Source of the DNA: Bacillales bacterium UBA7029
Lineage (GTDB): Bacteria; Bacillota_I; Bacilli_A; RFN20; CAG-826
Length of the DNA: 41,611 nt
Reading direction: 5' to 3'
Assembly (NCBI GenBank): GCA_002494205.1
Contig: DLBE01000024.1
Span: 1 to 41,611 of the forward strand
The notes below the pieces were generated by a model. It was not told the origin of the DNA. It did no database searches and saw only the letters and a program-made list of their open reading frames with translations. Below are positions 9,468-19,455 of the stretch, piece after piece; within the stretch, counting starts at the first letter, position 1, and the number at the start of each line of letters is the position of its first letter. The translations under genes and the position numbers were made by a program.

Positions 9468-10625
9468 ATGAAGAAATTAAAAATTTTATCTCTAATTCCA
9501 GCTCTTCTACTTTGCGCATGCAATAATGAGAATCGTTGGATTGGAACTTATCAGTTTAGATTAGGTAAAAGTGATGGTAATCACATGGAAATCACTGCTG
9601 AACTTACTGCAAAACAAGATAAAAAATATAAAGATTACAAAGTAATGAATTTGACCGCCGACTTAGGAGACAACATGGATCCAACATCAACATTTGATGA
9701 TATAGAGGAAGCTGGCGAGATTATCATTCCTATTTTGGAAGACTTAGGTATTGAAATTGCCTCAGAATTCCCAGCTTTAATGAAAGTTGCAAAAAAGGAA
9801 TTAACCAATTTTAAAGACATTAAACTTTATTACAACGTTACAGACACAAAAGCTGAGGACGGTTCTTATAGACTAAATATTGGAACTCATGAACTCGGCG
9901 ATAGATTAAGAAGAATTAGAAAAGAACACCCAGAAATTAGAGAAATTGTTGATGAAGCAATAGATTTTGCTTCTGCGGCTCCATTTTTAGATTCTGATTT
10001 AAATCTTTCACCAAAAAATTCTAAATATTTATTTAACGTTTTTGTTAGTAGAAAAGGCTTAAATATTCAAGTTCCAGTTTCATCTGATGATGTTGATATG
10101 CAACTTTTATGGTATGGAATGAATTATCCACTTATTGGGACAAAAATTCTTCCTGACAAATATATGAAAGATATGCCTGGTAAAAAAGGTGACGAAAGAT
10201 TTGGAACCCATCCCAAAAGAACTATTAGAAATAACGTAGTTATTGAAGACCAAGTCCAAGAAGTTAACACAATATTTGCAAAAGAATTCTCAAAATCAAT
10301 TCTATATTTAAACGAAGATATAGAAAGTACAGAATTAGGACGTTTTGTAATTGTTACCAAAGATAACGCAAAACACTTAAAATTCATTTCTAATGCCGCA
10401 TACAGTTCACCACTTGAAGGCTATATTAAGAAAGAAGGTTCCTGGACCCATCTTTCATTAAATGTTGATGCAAGCGGAGATTGTGGAAAGATTAAAGGCA
10501 GCGGCAGGAAAATGGAAATTCAAGGCACAACCGAAACCTATTTATTAAAAGATTTCTTTTCTGATCCATTTGAGTTCCGTGACTTTAATAATGTTGATGT
10601 CGGTTTAGGTAAAGTGGTTTTATAA
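9468..10625 (+). CDS. lipoprotein of unknown function, first gene of an ABC-2 exporter operon
   Basis: Signal peptide with lipobox LLLCAC. GGAGG Shine-Dalgarno upstream. Its stop is 1 nt before the next start. Confidence 0.75.
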   Translation: MKKLKILSLIPALLLCACNNENRWIGTYQFRLGKSDGNHMEITAELTAKQDKKYKDYKVMNLTADLGDNMDPTSTFDDIEEAGEIIIPILEDLGIEIASEFPALMKVAKKELTNFKDIKLYYNVTDTKAEDGSYRLNIGTHELGDRLRRIRKEHPEIREIVDEAIDFASAAPFLDSDLNLSPKNSKYLFNVFVSRKGLNIQVPVSSDDVDMQLLWYGMNYPLIGTKILPDKYMKDMPGKKGDERFGTHPKRTIRNNVVIEDQVQEVNTIFAKEFSKSILYLNEDIESTELGRFVIVTKDNAKHLKFISNAAYSSPLEGYIKKEGSWTHLSLNVDASGDCGKIKGSGRKMEIQGTTETYLLKDFFSDPFEFRDFNNVDVGLGKVVL

Positions 10626-10626
10626 A

Positions 10627-11571
10627 ATGGAAAAAGAAGCAATCATTGAAGTAGATCATCTTACTAAAGACTATGGTTATGGCCGTGGTGTTTTTGATGT
10701 ATCAATCAAGGTACATAAAGGTGAATGCTACGGTTATTTAGGACCAAATGGTGCGGGAAAATCCACGACTATTCGACATATCATGGGCTTTAGCAAGCCT
10801 CAAAAAGGAAGCACAAAAATATTTGGTATAGATACATTTGGCCACACAGATGAAATTTTAGGTAAAGTCGGTTATCTTCCTGGTGAACCAAGCATTCCTC
10901 AAGGTTTAAATGGATGGGGCTTTATACGCATGATGCAAGGAATGCGTAAAGAAGTTAATGAAGAAAGACTTAACTATCTTCTTGACCTTTTTAAACTTGA
11001 TCCATCACCTATGGTGAAAGAAATGTCACTTGGTGATAAGCGTAAACTAGCAGTTGTTACAGCATTCATGAACGATCCAGATGTTTTAATTCTTGATGAA
11101 CCAACTTCTGGACTGGATCCACTTATGCAACAAGTTTTCATTAAATTTGTTGTAGAAGAAAAGAAAAGAGGCAAAACCATTCTTCTTTCATCTCATATAT
11201 TCGCTGAAGTTGAAGCAACATGTGACATGATTTCAATTATTAAAGATGGAAAACATGTCTCTTCTTTCAACGCTGAAGAAGTTAAGAAAATCGATACAAA
11301 AGTCTATATCTTAAGGTTTAAAGATAAACAGAACATGGAAAAATACCTAAAATCATGCAAATTTGAAATTGTTCAAAACATTCCTGAAAGATTATCGCTT
11401 ACTATAAAATTCCAAACAAAAGATTATCAAAGTTTTATTGATTCAATCCAAGGAATTAAGTTACATACATTTGCTGAAAGACCTTATACATTACAAGACT
11501 ACTTTATGTCCTTCTATAAAGAAGACAAGACATTTGGTGGATTATCTGGCGTAGTGGGAAATGAGAAATAG
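10627..11571 (+). CDS. ABC transporter ATP-binding protein (ABC-2 type), paralogue 1
   Basis: Walker A GPNGAGKST, Walker B LILDEPTSGLD, and a divergent signature MSLGDKRK. Confidence 0.9.
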   Translation: MEKEAIIEVDHLTKDYGYGRGVFDVSIKVHKGECYGYLGPNGAGKSTTIRHIMGFSKPQKGSTKIFGIDTFGHTDEILGKVGYLPGEPSIPQGLNGWGFIRMMQGMRKEVNEERLNYLLDLFKLDPSPMVKEMSLGDKRKLAVVTAFMNDPDVLILDEPTSGLDPLMQQVFIKFVVEEKKRGKTILLSSHIFAEVEATCDMISIIKDGKHVSSFNAEEVKKIDTKVYILRFKDKQNMEKYLKSCKFEIVQNIPERLSLTIKFQTKDYQSFIDSIQGIKLHTFAERPYTLQDYFMSFYKEDKTFGGLSGVVGNEK

Positions 11572-11573
11572 TT

Positions 11574-12524
11574 ATGATAGAAAAAGAATTATTTAAACAT
11601 GCGCCAAGTCTTGCTAATACAAAAGAGGAAGACATTGCAATTGAAGTAAATCACGTAACCAAAGATTATGGAAAAGGTCGTGGAATTTTCGATATTTCTT
11701 TTGTAATACCTAGAGGAAAAACATTTGGTTATTGTGGAACAAATGGTGCAGGAAAAACTACAACTATTCGCCACATAATGGGATTTTTAAAACCTGATAG
11801 TGGTTTTGTAAAAGTTAATGGTCTAGATGCGTGGAAAGATAGTGACGAAATTAAAAAATATATTGGCTATCTACCAGGAGAAATAGCATTTCCGCCTTTA
11901 GAAAGTGGAAGTGATTTTATTAAAGCACAAGCTGAACTTTTAGGATTAACCGACATGAGTAAAGCTGAACGTGTTATTAATGCGATGCAGCTTGATCCAA
12001 CAGCGAACTTAAAAAGAATGTCTAAAGGCATGAAACAAAAAACAGCAATGGTTGCAGCATTCATGCATTCACCAGACATTATTCTTCTAGATGAACCTAC
12101 TACGGGTCTTGATCCTCTTATGAGAGATGCATTTATTAACCTTATCAAAGAAGAAAAAGCTCGTGGAGCGACAATAATGATGTCTAACCATATGTTTGAT
12201 GAGTTAGAAGAAACATGCGATTATGTCGCATTTATTAAAGACGGAAAAATAGTAGATATTGTTGATATGGATGAAATCCATAATAGACCATTTAGAGAAT
12301 ACTTAATTGCATTCGCTTCTAAAGAAGATTATGAATCCGTTAATTTTAAGTTCTCTGAAATATTAGAGGAACATCCAAAACATAATGCCCTTTTAGTGAA
12401 AGTAAATAACGAACATGTTGATGATATGTTCAAAGAACTTCATAATCACAAAGTCACATTAATTAAAGAAGTCCAATATTCACTTGAAAAATACTTCTTA
12501 GAATATGTTGTGAAAGGAGAGTAA
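11574..12524 (+). CDS. ABC transporter ATP-binding protein (ABC-2 type), paralogue 2
   Basis: Walker A GTNGAGKTT, Walker B ILLDEPTTGLD, and a divergent signature MSKGMKQK. Confidence 0.9.
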   Translation: MIEKELFKHAPSLANTKEEDIAIEVNHVTKDYGKGRGIFDISFVIPRGKTFGYCGTNGAGKTTTIRHIMGFLKPDSGFVKVNGLDAWKDSDEIKKYIGYLPGEIAFPPLESGSDFIKAQAELLGLTDMSKAERVINAMQLDPTANLKRMSKGMKQKTAMVAAFMHSPDIILLDEPTTGLDPLMRDAFINLIKEEKARGATIMMSNHMFDELEETCDYVAFIKDGKIVDIVDMDEIHNRPFREYLIAFASKEDYESVNFKFSEILEEHPKHNALLVKVNNEHVDDMFKELHNHKVTLIKEVQYSLEKYFLEYVVKGE

Positions 12525-12526
12525 AA

Positions 12527-13501
12527 ATGGAGCAAGCAAAGAAAAAGGAATTTATTTCCAAACCATTATTGAAGCAAAGTATTAAGTCCAATTTTATGCT
12601 TTGGCTTATTATGGCACTTGGAAGTGCTGGAATATTTGTTGTTATTAACTTAGTTGTTGGTACTAAACAAATTTTCACCAATATTGATATGGAATCAGTC
12701 CAAGCTTACGTTCAAACTGAAGGATTAGGATGGCTTAAAATCTTAGGTCTTCTCCAAAAGATGGGCTTTAATTTATCAAGAATTCAAACTATGTCTCAGA
12801 TCGACTTAAACTCCGTCATGAACGATTTAATCTATAAGATTACTGGCGTTCTTCTTCCAATGATTTACGTTATGATTACGTGTAATAAACTTGTTTCTGC
12901 TCAAGTTAGTGATGGCTCAATGGCGTACATTTTATCAACTCCTACTAACCGAAAAACAGTTGTAAGAACTCAATACATCTTTATGACACTTTCATTAGTC
13001 GCAATGTATGTTGTAATTACAATTGGTGCATATTCTACAGGTGCAATTGCATTTGCAATTTCAAAACCAACCGATATAAACTTCGGAACATTTACAATCC
13101 GTACTTTCCTTTATTGCTTTGGTTCATTTGCCGCAATGTTTGGTTTAACAGGTGTTTGTTTTGGCGCATCATGTTGGTTTAGCAAAGCTCAACAATCAAC
13201 AGCTGTTGGCGGTGGTGCCTGTATCTTAGCTTTCCTTTGTTGTATTTTGGGTTTGTTCGGAAACAAGGTTTTCGTTTCTGTTGGTATTGGCGTTGAAGCA
13301 ATGAATGTCTTTAACTACTTAACTATCTACACCTTAATTGATACAGAATCGATGTCTAACTTCGCTAAAGCTGCAACTAATGTTTATGGCGGATTATTAT
13401 CATTCTCTTGGTTATGGAAGATTGCAATTCTTCTTGTAATCGGTGGTGTGGGCGCTTTTGTTGGTGGACGTAGATTTGTCAAAAAAGATTTACCACTATA
13501 A
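12527..13501 (+). CDS. ABC-2 type transporter permease
   Basis: Six predicted hydrophobic spans. AGGAG Shine-Dalgarno lies inside the end of the upstream gene, with a 2-nt intergenic gap. Confidence 0.75.
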   Translation: MEQAKKKEFISKPLLKQSIKSNFMLWLIMALGSAGIFVVINLVVGTKQIFTNIDMESVQAYVQTEGLGWLKILGLLQKMGFNLSRIQTMSQIDLNSVMNDLIYKITGVLLPMIYVMITCNKLVSAQVSDGSMAYILSTPTNRKTVVRTQYIFMTLSLVAMYVVITIGAYSTGAIAFAISKPTDINFGTFTIRTFLYCFGSFAAMFGLTGVCFGASCWFSKAQQSTAVGGGACILAFLCCILGLFGNKVFVSVGIGVEAMNVFNYLTIYTLIDTESMSNFAKAATNVYGGLLSFSWLWKIAILLVIGGVGAFVGGRRFVKKDLPL

Positions 13502-13517
13502 AGTCTCGTAAAAGTCG

Positions 13518-13546
13518 AAAAAACTCGGAAATTACCGAGTTTTTTT
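13518..13546. terminator. bidirectional rho-independent terminator between convergent operons
   Basis: AAAAAACTCGG-aaatta-CCGAGTTTTTTT: a perfect 6-bp core stem with an A-tract on one side and a T-tract on the other. Confidence 0.85.
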
Positions 13547-13557
13547 ATTGATAAAGC

Positions 13558-15579
13558 CTAATTATTTTCAACTAAACTATCTAAAAAGTCAGGAAGTAAT
13601 AATATTTCCCACATTGGTTTATTATTTGAATAACGTTGTTGTCTAACGATGTAGTAAACAGTGATTTCTTTATTCTCTAAAACGTATTCATCAAAAACCG
13701 GATTGAATAAATAAAGTTCCTCTTCGGTGGTGTTCCAGAAGTTTTCATTTTTGATTAAAGAGATGCCATAGTTTGCCATAGCGTTGTCTTTACCATTAAT
13801 TAAGTCTTTACGTTCAATATAAGAATCTGAAATACCAATGTAGTATTTGCCGCTTTCTTCAACTGCGGTTAAATAACCTGTTGTCTTATAAATGTTTCCA
13901 TATGTCTCAATGACTTCTGGGAATTTTACTGTACTGGTATCAACATCCTTTTGAGAACCATGAATATTCTTAAGATCCATAATTGAGATATTTGTAGCGT
14001 TAGATTCATAGTCAAAACTAATAGGAGTTTGATCAGCGCTTTGTTTTAAAGAAAATGCGACGATGATAGGCGAAAGATTTTTAATAGAAATAATTCCAGT
14101 CACATCATAGTTTTTGCCAATTGAAATTGAAGATAAATTAAAGGCGTTTACTCTGATGTTATTAATTCCATCAGTAAAGTTATAGTAACGTTTGCCTTGT
14201 CCATCAGATTCGGCATAGTAAAGTTTGAGATTATTAAGAGTTAAAACTTCGCCATAGCCATGACCTGCGCAGTTATAGTAAACATTTTTTGCGCGTCCAT
14301 AGAAATCACTAATACCAACAGTCGCTTCCGAAATAACAGAGTCACTCCATGAAATATCTAACGTTTTATCCCATTGGAAAGAAGTAACCATTATTTCTGG
14401 ATGTCCAAGATATTCGGAGATATAGCCTGTAACGACATATTTTGATGTTTCTTCTAATACATGGTCTCCAACCTTACCCCATAATGAGGTGCCTAAGTTA
14501 TTTACGGCAGAAGCTACTCCAATATAGTCAGTTTCATCTGCTAAAATAACTTTGCCTTTTTCAGAAACATCTAATCCATATTCACTAGTGGATTTCTCAA
14601 GATTAATCTTTGCTAAGGCAAAACCTTTGATTGTGACAGAGACATGTTCGTTTACTCCATTACCAAATTCATTTGTTTCAACTGGATTCTCTAAAATATA
14701 ATCCCTAACTTCAGAAATTGATTTAACACCTAAATTTAAATCTTCGCTAGGATCAACTTCGCCTTCATAAGTAACCTTAATTGCACTAATGCATCTATAA
14801 CCAGATGTGCCGCCTGCAACAAAATTAATTTCATCACTTATTCCTGTCCAAGTATCTACTGCAAATCCTTCAGGAGAAGAAGTAAGTGGATTACTGCTAG
14901 TATCTTTAGAAGAATCAAAAGTTAACTCGATTTTTCTAATTTTTGGTTCATTACTTGTAACGCTTAATTCGTTGCCTGGATACATTCTTACTGACCAAAC
15001 TTTGTTGTATTTGATGCAGCGGGGGCTAATAGAGCCTTCTCCAATAGAGAATGTCACATTAATGTTATCGTCAACTTTAAGTGTGTCGGTATAAGGGTCA
15101 ATCGTATCGCCTGAATATCCTTTGTCATTAAATATTAATGATGCAGATACTGTTTCAACTTCCGGAACTTTAGCATTAACAGTTACTTCACATGAATCAG
15201 TTTTGTTTCCGTCTTTAGTAATAATTGTAATTGTGGCTGTTCCAGGATTAATTCCGTATACAGTGCCGTCAATAACGTTAGCAACAGTACTATTGCTGGT
15301 AGACCACGAAACATTTTTATTTGTCGCATTACTTGGAGAAATGGTGTAGTTTAAAGTTTCATTTTGCATTTCTTCAAGAGTAATAGACTCTTTACTTAAA
15401 ATAACAGAAGTTACAGGTATTACAGAAGGGGTTGGAGGATTATCCTCATCATCTTTGTCTTTGTCTTCTTCTTTTTGGTCTGTGTCTTGGTCTTTCTTTT
15501 TCCAAAACATCAAGTCTTCAAGTGTACAGCCACATAATAATGTGGCGAATAACGGGATGAGCAATAACTTCTTTTTCAT
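13558..15579 (-). CDS. surface lipoprotein with a Big_2 (bacterial Ig-like) domain
   Basis: Start chosen at the ATG at 15579, which has an AGGAG Shine-Dalgarno 7 nt upstream; the ORF-track start at 15603 overlaps the upstream gene. Lipobox LLCGC. Acidic/lysine-rich linker. Big_2-like segment (ITLEEMQNETLNYTISPSNATNKNVSWSTSNSTVANV...GTATITIITKDG). Confidence 0.75.
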   Translation of the reverse strand: MKKKLLLIPLFATLLCGCTLEDLMFWKKKDQDTDQKEEDKDKDDEDNPPTPSVIPVTSVILSKESITLEEMQNETLNYTISPSNATNKNVSWSTSNSTVANVIDGTVYGINPGTATITIITKDGNKTDSCEVTVNAKVPEVETVSASLIFNDKGYSGDTIDPYTDTLKVDDNINVTFSIGEGSISPRCIKYNKVWSVRMYPGNELSVTSNEPKIRKIELTFDSSKDTSSNPLTSSPEGFAVDTWTGISDEINFVAGGTSGYRCISAIKVTYEGEVDPSEDLNLGVKSISEVRDYILENPVETNEFGNGVNEHVSVTIKGFALAKINLEKSTSEYGLDVSEKGKVILADETDYIGVASAVNNLGTSLWGKVGDHVLEETSKYVVTGYISEYLGHPEIMVTSFQWDKTLDISWSDSVISEATVGISDFYGRAKNVYYNCAGHGYGEVLTLNNLKLYYAESDGQGKRYYNFTDGINNIRVNAFNLSSISIGKNYDVTGIISIKNLSPIIVAFSLKQSADQTPISFDYESNATNISIMDLKNIHGSQKDVDTSTVKFPEVIETYGNIYKTTGYLTAVEESGKYYIGISDSYIERKDLINGKDNAMANYGISLIKNENFWNTTEEELYLFNPVFDEYVLENKEITVYYIVRQQRYSNNKPMWEILLLPDFLDSLVENN

Positions 15580-15589
15580 ACTTTTACTC

Positions 15590-17569
15590 CTATTCAAGTT
15601 CAAATGCGCCTGTATAAAGTTTATAGTAATAGCCCTTTTTGGCTATAAGTTCATCGTGTGTTCCTCTTTCAATAATTCTTCCGTTTTCCATGCACATAAT
15701 TGCATTAGAATTTTGAATTGTTGAAAGTCTATGAGCAATTGCAAATACAGTTCTACCTTTCATTAATTGATCCATACCTTGTTGAACTATCTTTTCAGTA
15801 CGTGTATCAATTGAAGACGTAGCTTCATCAAGAATCATAACAGGAGCATCTGCAACTGCGGCTCTAGCAATAGATAATAATTGTCTTTGACCTTGTGATA
15901 AATTAGAACCATCTCCTGAAAGCATTGTGTTATAACCTTCTGGAAGTCTAATAATAAAGTCATGAGCATTAGCAATCTTTGCAGCATTAATACATTCTTC
16001 ATCAGTGGCATCTAATCTACCATAACGAATGTTATCCATGACTGTTCCAGTGAACAAATTTACATCTTGTAAAACTATGCCTAAAGAACGTCTTAAATCG
16101 TCCTTTTTAATTTTATTAATATTAATTCCATCGTAACGGACTTTACCATCTGCTAAAGGATAGAATCTATTGATTAAGTTAGTAATGGTTGTTTTACCTG
16201 CACCTGTAGCACCCACAAGAGCGATTTGTTGACCTGGGTGAGCATAAACACTAACGTCATGGAGAACCATCTTTTTACCATCGTAAGAGAAGTCAACATC
16301 AAGTAATTGAATGTCACCTTTAAGTTCGGTGTAATCAATTTCTCCTGTAGCTTTATGTGGATGTTTCCATGCCCATCTATGTGTTCTATCGCTTGTTTCA
16401 ACAAGTTTTCCGTTTTCTTCTTTAACATTTACTAAAGTAACGTAACCATCATCAACTTCAGGTTTTTCATCTAATAAGTCAAAGCATCGTGATGCTCCAG
16501 CCATACCCATAACAATAAATACAACTTGTTGTGAGAATGTATTAACGTTATTAGTGAACATTCTAGACATCATTAAGAATGCAACGATCATACCCCAGAA
16601 TGTCGGCATAGTTTCAGGTGTTACTGCAGTGACTTGACCAAAGATATTAACGTTGTTAAATCCAGGGATTAAAATCATCATAAAACCAACGATTGCGGTG
16701 AAAACATACATGAAATTACCGATATTTCCATTAATTGGCATTGTAATGTTGCCGTGGATATTGGCCTCTGTAGCGAACGAACCAAGTTGGTCATTTAACT
16801 TATCAAAATCTTTGCCTGCTTGTTCTTCGTGAGAGAAAACTTTAATGACTTTTAAGCCATCAATTGCTTCTTGAATATTGCCTTCGACGATACCAACTTG
16901 AATTTGTTGTTTCATAAAGTATTTTGCTGAACGCCCACCAATGAATTTAGTGTTCATGAACATTGCGATTGTGAAGAAGATGGTGACTAAAGTCATCCAT
17001 ATTGAGTTCATAAGCATTGTTACAAAGACAAAGACAACGGCAAATGTTGCTTGAACTAAGCTTGGTAAGGCTTGAGAAATAAATTGTCTAATGGTGTCGA
17101 TATCATTTGTAAATAAGGACATAATTGCGCCGTGTGGGTGTGTATCAAAATATTTGATTGGTAAATCTTGAAGATGATTGAACATCTTAATTCTCATAGA
17201 ATTCATAAACTTCTGAGTAATAATTGCCATCGATCTATTCCAATACCAAGCGGCAAAAATACCAACGGTGTATATGATAGCCATTGCTATAAGCAATCTA
17301 GTTATATTTGTGTTAAAAGTCATGTTCATCGCAACAACGGTGTATCTTCCGGTAAATGGATTACTATGAGGTATTGCAACTGAAAGACAGTTAGTGATTA
17401 AGTTTGCAAAGATTGATGAACAAAGGTTGGTGAAAACATTAATAACGATGCACACGAAAACAACAATTAAGCGAATTGGATATTCCTTAACTAAAAGTCT
17501 AAGTAAACGTTTTAAAGTGCCTTTTTTAGCTTTACCACGTTCTCTAATTCTAGCGCCGCCTGGTGGCAT
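15590..17569 (-). CDS. ABC exporter permease/ATPase fusion, canonical-site subunit of a heterodimer
   Basis: Six-TM domain plus an NBD. Walker A GATGAGKTT, Walker B ILDEATSSID, H-loop IAHRLST, signature LSQGQRQ. The GGAGG Shine-Dalgarno is embedded in the end of the upstream gene, with TAG-ATG abutting. Confidence 0.9.
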   Translation of the reverse strand: MPPGGARIRERGKAKKGTLKRLLRLLVKEYPIRLIVVFVCIVINVFTNLCSSIFANLITNCLSVAIPHSNPFTGRYTVVAMNMTFNTNITRLLIAMAIIYTVGIFAAWYWNRSMAIITQKFMNSMRIKMFNHLQDLPIKYFDTHPHGAIMSLFTNDIDTIRQFISQALPSLVQATFAVVFVFVTMLMNSIWMTLVTIFFTIAMFMNTKFIGGRSAKYFMKQQIQVGIVEGNIQEAIDGLKVIKVFSHEEQAGKDFDKLNDQLGSFATEANIHGNITMPINGNIGNFMYVFTAIVGFMMILIPGFNNVNIFGQVTAVTPETMPTFWGMIVAFLMMSRMFTNNVNTFSQQVVFIVMGMAGASRCFDLLDEKPEVDDGYVTLVNVKEENGKLVETSDRTHRWAWKHPHKATGEIDYTELKGDIQLLDVDFSYDGKKMVLHDVSVYAHPGQQIALVGATGAGKTTITNLINRFYPLADGKVRYDGININKIKKDDLRRSLGIVLQDVNLFTGTVMDNIRYGRLDATDEECINAAKIANAHDFIIRLPEGYNTMLSGDGSNLSQGQRQLLSIARAAVADAPVMILDEATSSIDTRTEKIVQQGMDQLMKGRTVFAIAHRLSTIQNSNAIMCMENGRIIERGTHDELIAKKGYYYKLYTGAFELE

Positions 17570-19399
17570 CTATTTGTTTCCTCCTATTCTGTTTTGTGAA
17601 TAGTAAACTTCTTGATAAATCTTATTGGTTTTGATGAGTTCATCATGAGTTCCTATTGCGTTTATTTCACCATTATCCATAATGATAATTTTATCTGCAT
17701 CTTCAATAGAAGATATACGTTGCGCAACAACAATTTTTGTCATCTTTGGTAAATCTTCTTTGAGACCTTTTCTAATTAATTTATCTGTTCTTGTATCTAC
17801 AGCGGATGTTGAGTCGTCAAGAATCATGATTTTTGGATGTTTTAAAATAGCACGCGCAATACAAAGTCTTTGTTTTTGGCCACCAGAGAAGTTTGTACCG
17901 CCTTGCTCAACAACTGAATTGAAACCTGATTCTTTAGATTTAACGATGTCGTAACATTGAGCAATTTCGCATGCACGTGCCATCTCTTCTTCGGTAGCAC
18001 TTTCATTACCCCATTTAAGATTTGATGCTATTGTTCCAGAGAATAAAACATTCTTTTGAAGAACAACTGCAACGTTGTCTCTTAATACTTTTAAGTCGTA
18101 TTCTTTGACGTTATGATCGCCAACAAGAACCTCACCTTCGCTGACATCATAAAGTCTAGAAATGAGGTTTACAAAACTTGTTTTTCCAGAACCGGTTGAG
18201 CCCAAAACACCCACAAATTCCCCGGATTTTATGGTTAAATCGATATTTTTGAGGGCGTAATTTTCGGCAGATTCTTTATATTTAAAATTGACGCTTTTAA
18301 AGGTGATGTCACCATTAGAAACTTCAAGGAGTGGGTTTTCTGGATTTTTAATTGTCGGCTCTTCAAGTAAAACTTCGCCAACACGTTTAACTGATTCAAG
18401 AGAAATGATGAGCATGACTGAAATCATTGAAATCATCATAATGTTCATTAAAATTTGAATGCCGTATGTGAGTAACGCTGAAATTTGACCAATTTCGATT
18501 GATGCCCAATAACCAGTGCTCGCGTGTGACTTCCAATAAATTAATGAACCAACGCTCAAAACTAATATGTTAGACATATGAATGGTGGTGTTGATTAATG
18601 GGTTTGTTAAAGCAACAATTTTTTCGGCTTTAATAAAGTCACCAGACATATTGTTAGACGCTGTATTGAATTTTTGCTTTTCAAAGTCTTCACGGACATA
18701 GGATTTAACAACGCGGATGCCAGAAACGTTTTCTTGAACTGATTCGTTTAACTTATCATAGCGTTTGAAAACTCTTGTGAAAATTTTCATTGCGTGTTTT
18801 GCAATCATAAATAGTCCAAAACCAACAACCGGAATTAAAACAACAAAGATAAGAGCCATAACTCCACCTGTTATGAAAGCCATAACTGCAGAGAAAATCA
18901 TCATAAGTGGTGCCCTAACAACAATTCGGATGAGCATTTGGAACGCCATTTGAATTTGGTTGATATCTGTTGTAGTTCTTGTAACAAGTGATGAAGATGA
19001 GAATTTATCAATGTTTGAGAATGAGAAGGATTGGATCTTTTTGAAGATGTCTGATCTGAGGTTTGTAGCAAGACCAACTGAGGCCTTTGCACCATAAATT
19101 CCCCCGAAAATCCCGCAAATTATTGATAAAACAACAATTCCAACAAGCGTTAAAATTAAACCTAAAATAGAAACATTGAAGTTCATATTAAGATTCTGAT
19201 TGATGTAGGGAATTGAGGTTAGTATATCGAACTTGATTCCCGTCTTAACTGCATTATTAACTGAGTCAATAAGCATAGACATTGTGAAAGGCATAATACA
19301 TTCTAAAAGAGCCTCGCCAATCATAAAAAGTGGAGTAATTAATGCATACTTCTTATATTGTCTGATACTTTTTAGAATTAACTTAACTTTCTTCCACAT
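17570..19399 (-). CDS. ABC exporter permease/ATPase fusion, degenerate-site subunit of a heterodimer
   Basis: Walker A GSTGSGKTS and signature FSGGQKQ. Walker B reads ILDDSTSAVD (Asp replaces the catalytic Glu). The H-loop reads VAQRISS (Gln replaces His). Confidence 0.9.
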   Translation of the reverse strand: MWKKVKLILKSIRQYKKYALITPLFMIGEALLECIMPFTMSMLIDSVNNAVKTGIKFDILTSIPYINQNLNMNFNVSILGLILTLVGIVVLSIICGIFGGIYGAKASVGLATNLRSDIFKKIQSFSFSNIDKFSSSSLVTRTTTDINQIQMAFQMLIRIVVRAPLMMIFSAVMAFITGGVMALIFVVLIPVVGFGLFMIAKHAMKIFTRVFKRYDKLNESVQENVSGIRVVKSYVREDFEKQKFNTASNNMSGDFIKAEKIVALTNPLINTTIHMSNILVLSVGSLIYWKSHASTGYWASIEIGQISALLTYGIQILMNIMMISMISVMLIISLESVKRVGEVLLEEPTIKNPENPLLEVSNGDITFKSVNFKYKESAENYALKNIDLTIKSGEFVGVLGSTGSGKTSFVNLISRLYDVSEGEVLVGDHNVKEYDLKVLRDNVAVVLQKNVLFSGTIASNLKWGNESATEEEMARACEIAQCYDIVKSKESGFNSVVEQGGTNFSGGQKQRLCIARAILKHPKIMILDDSTSAVDTRTDKLIRKGLKEDLPKMTKIVVAQRISSIEDADKIIIMDNGEINAIGTHDELIKTNKIYQEVYYSQNRIGGNK

Positions 19400-19455
19400 A
19401 GTTTTAGTCGCAAAAAATATTTTAATATTTATTAAATAAATAGCAACAAAAAACC

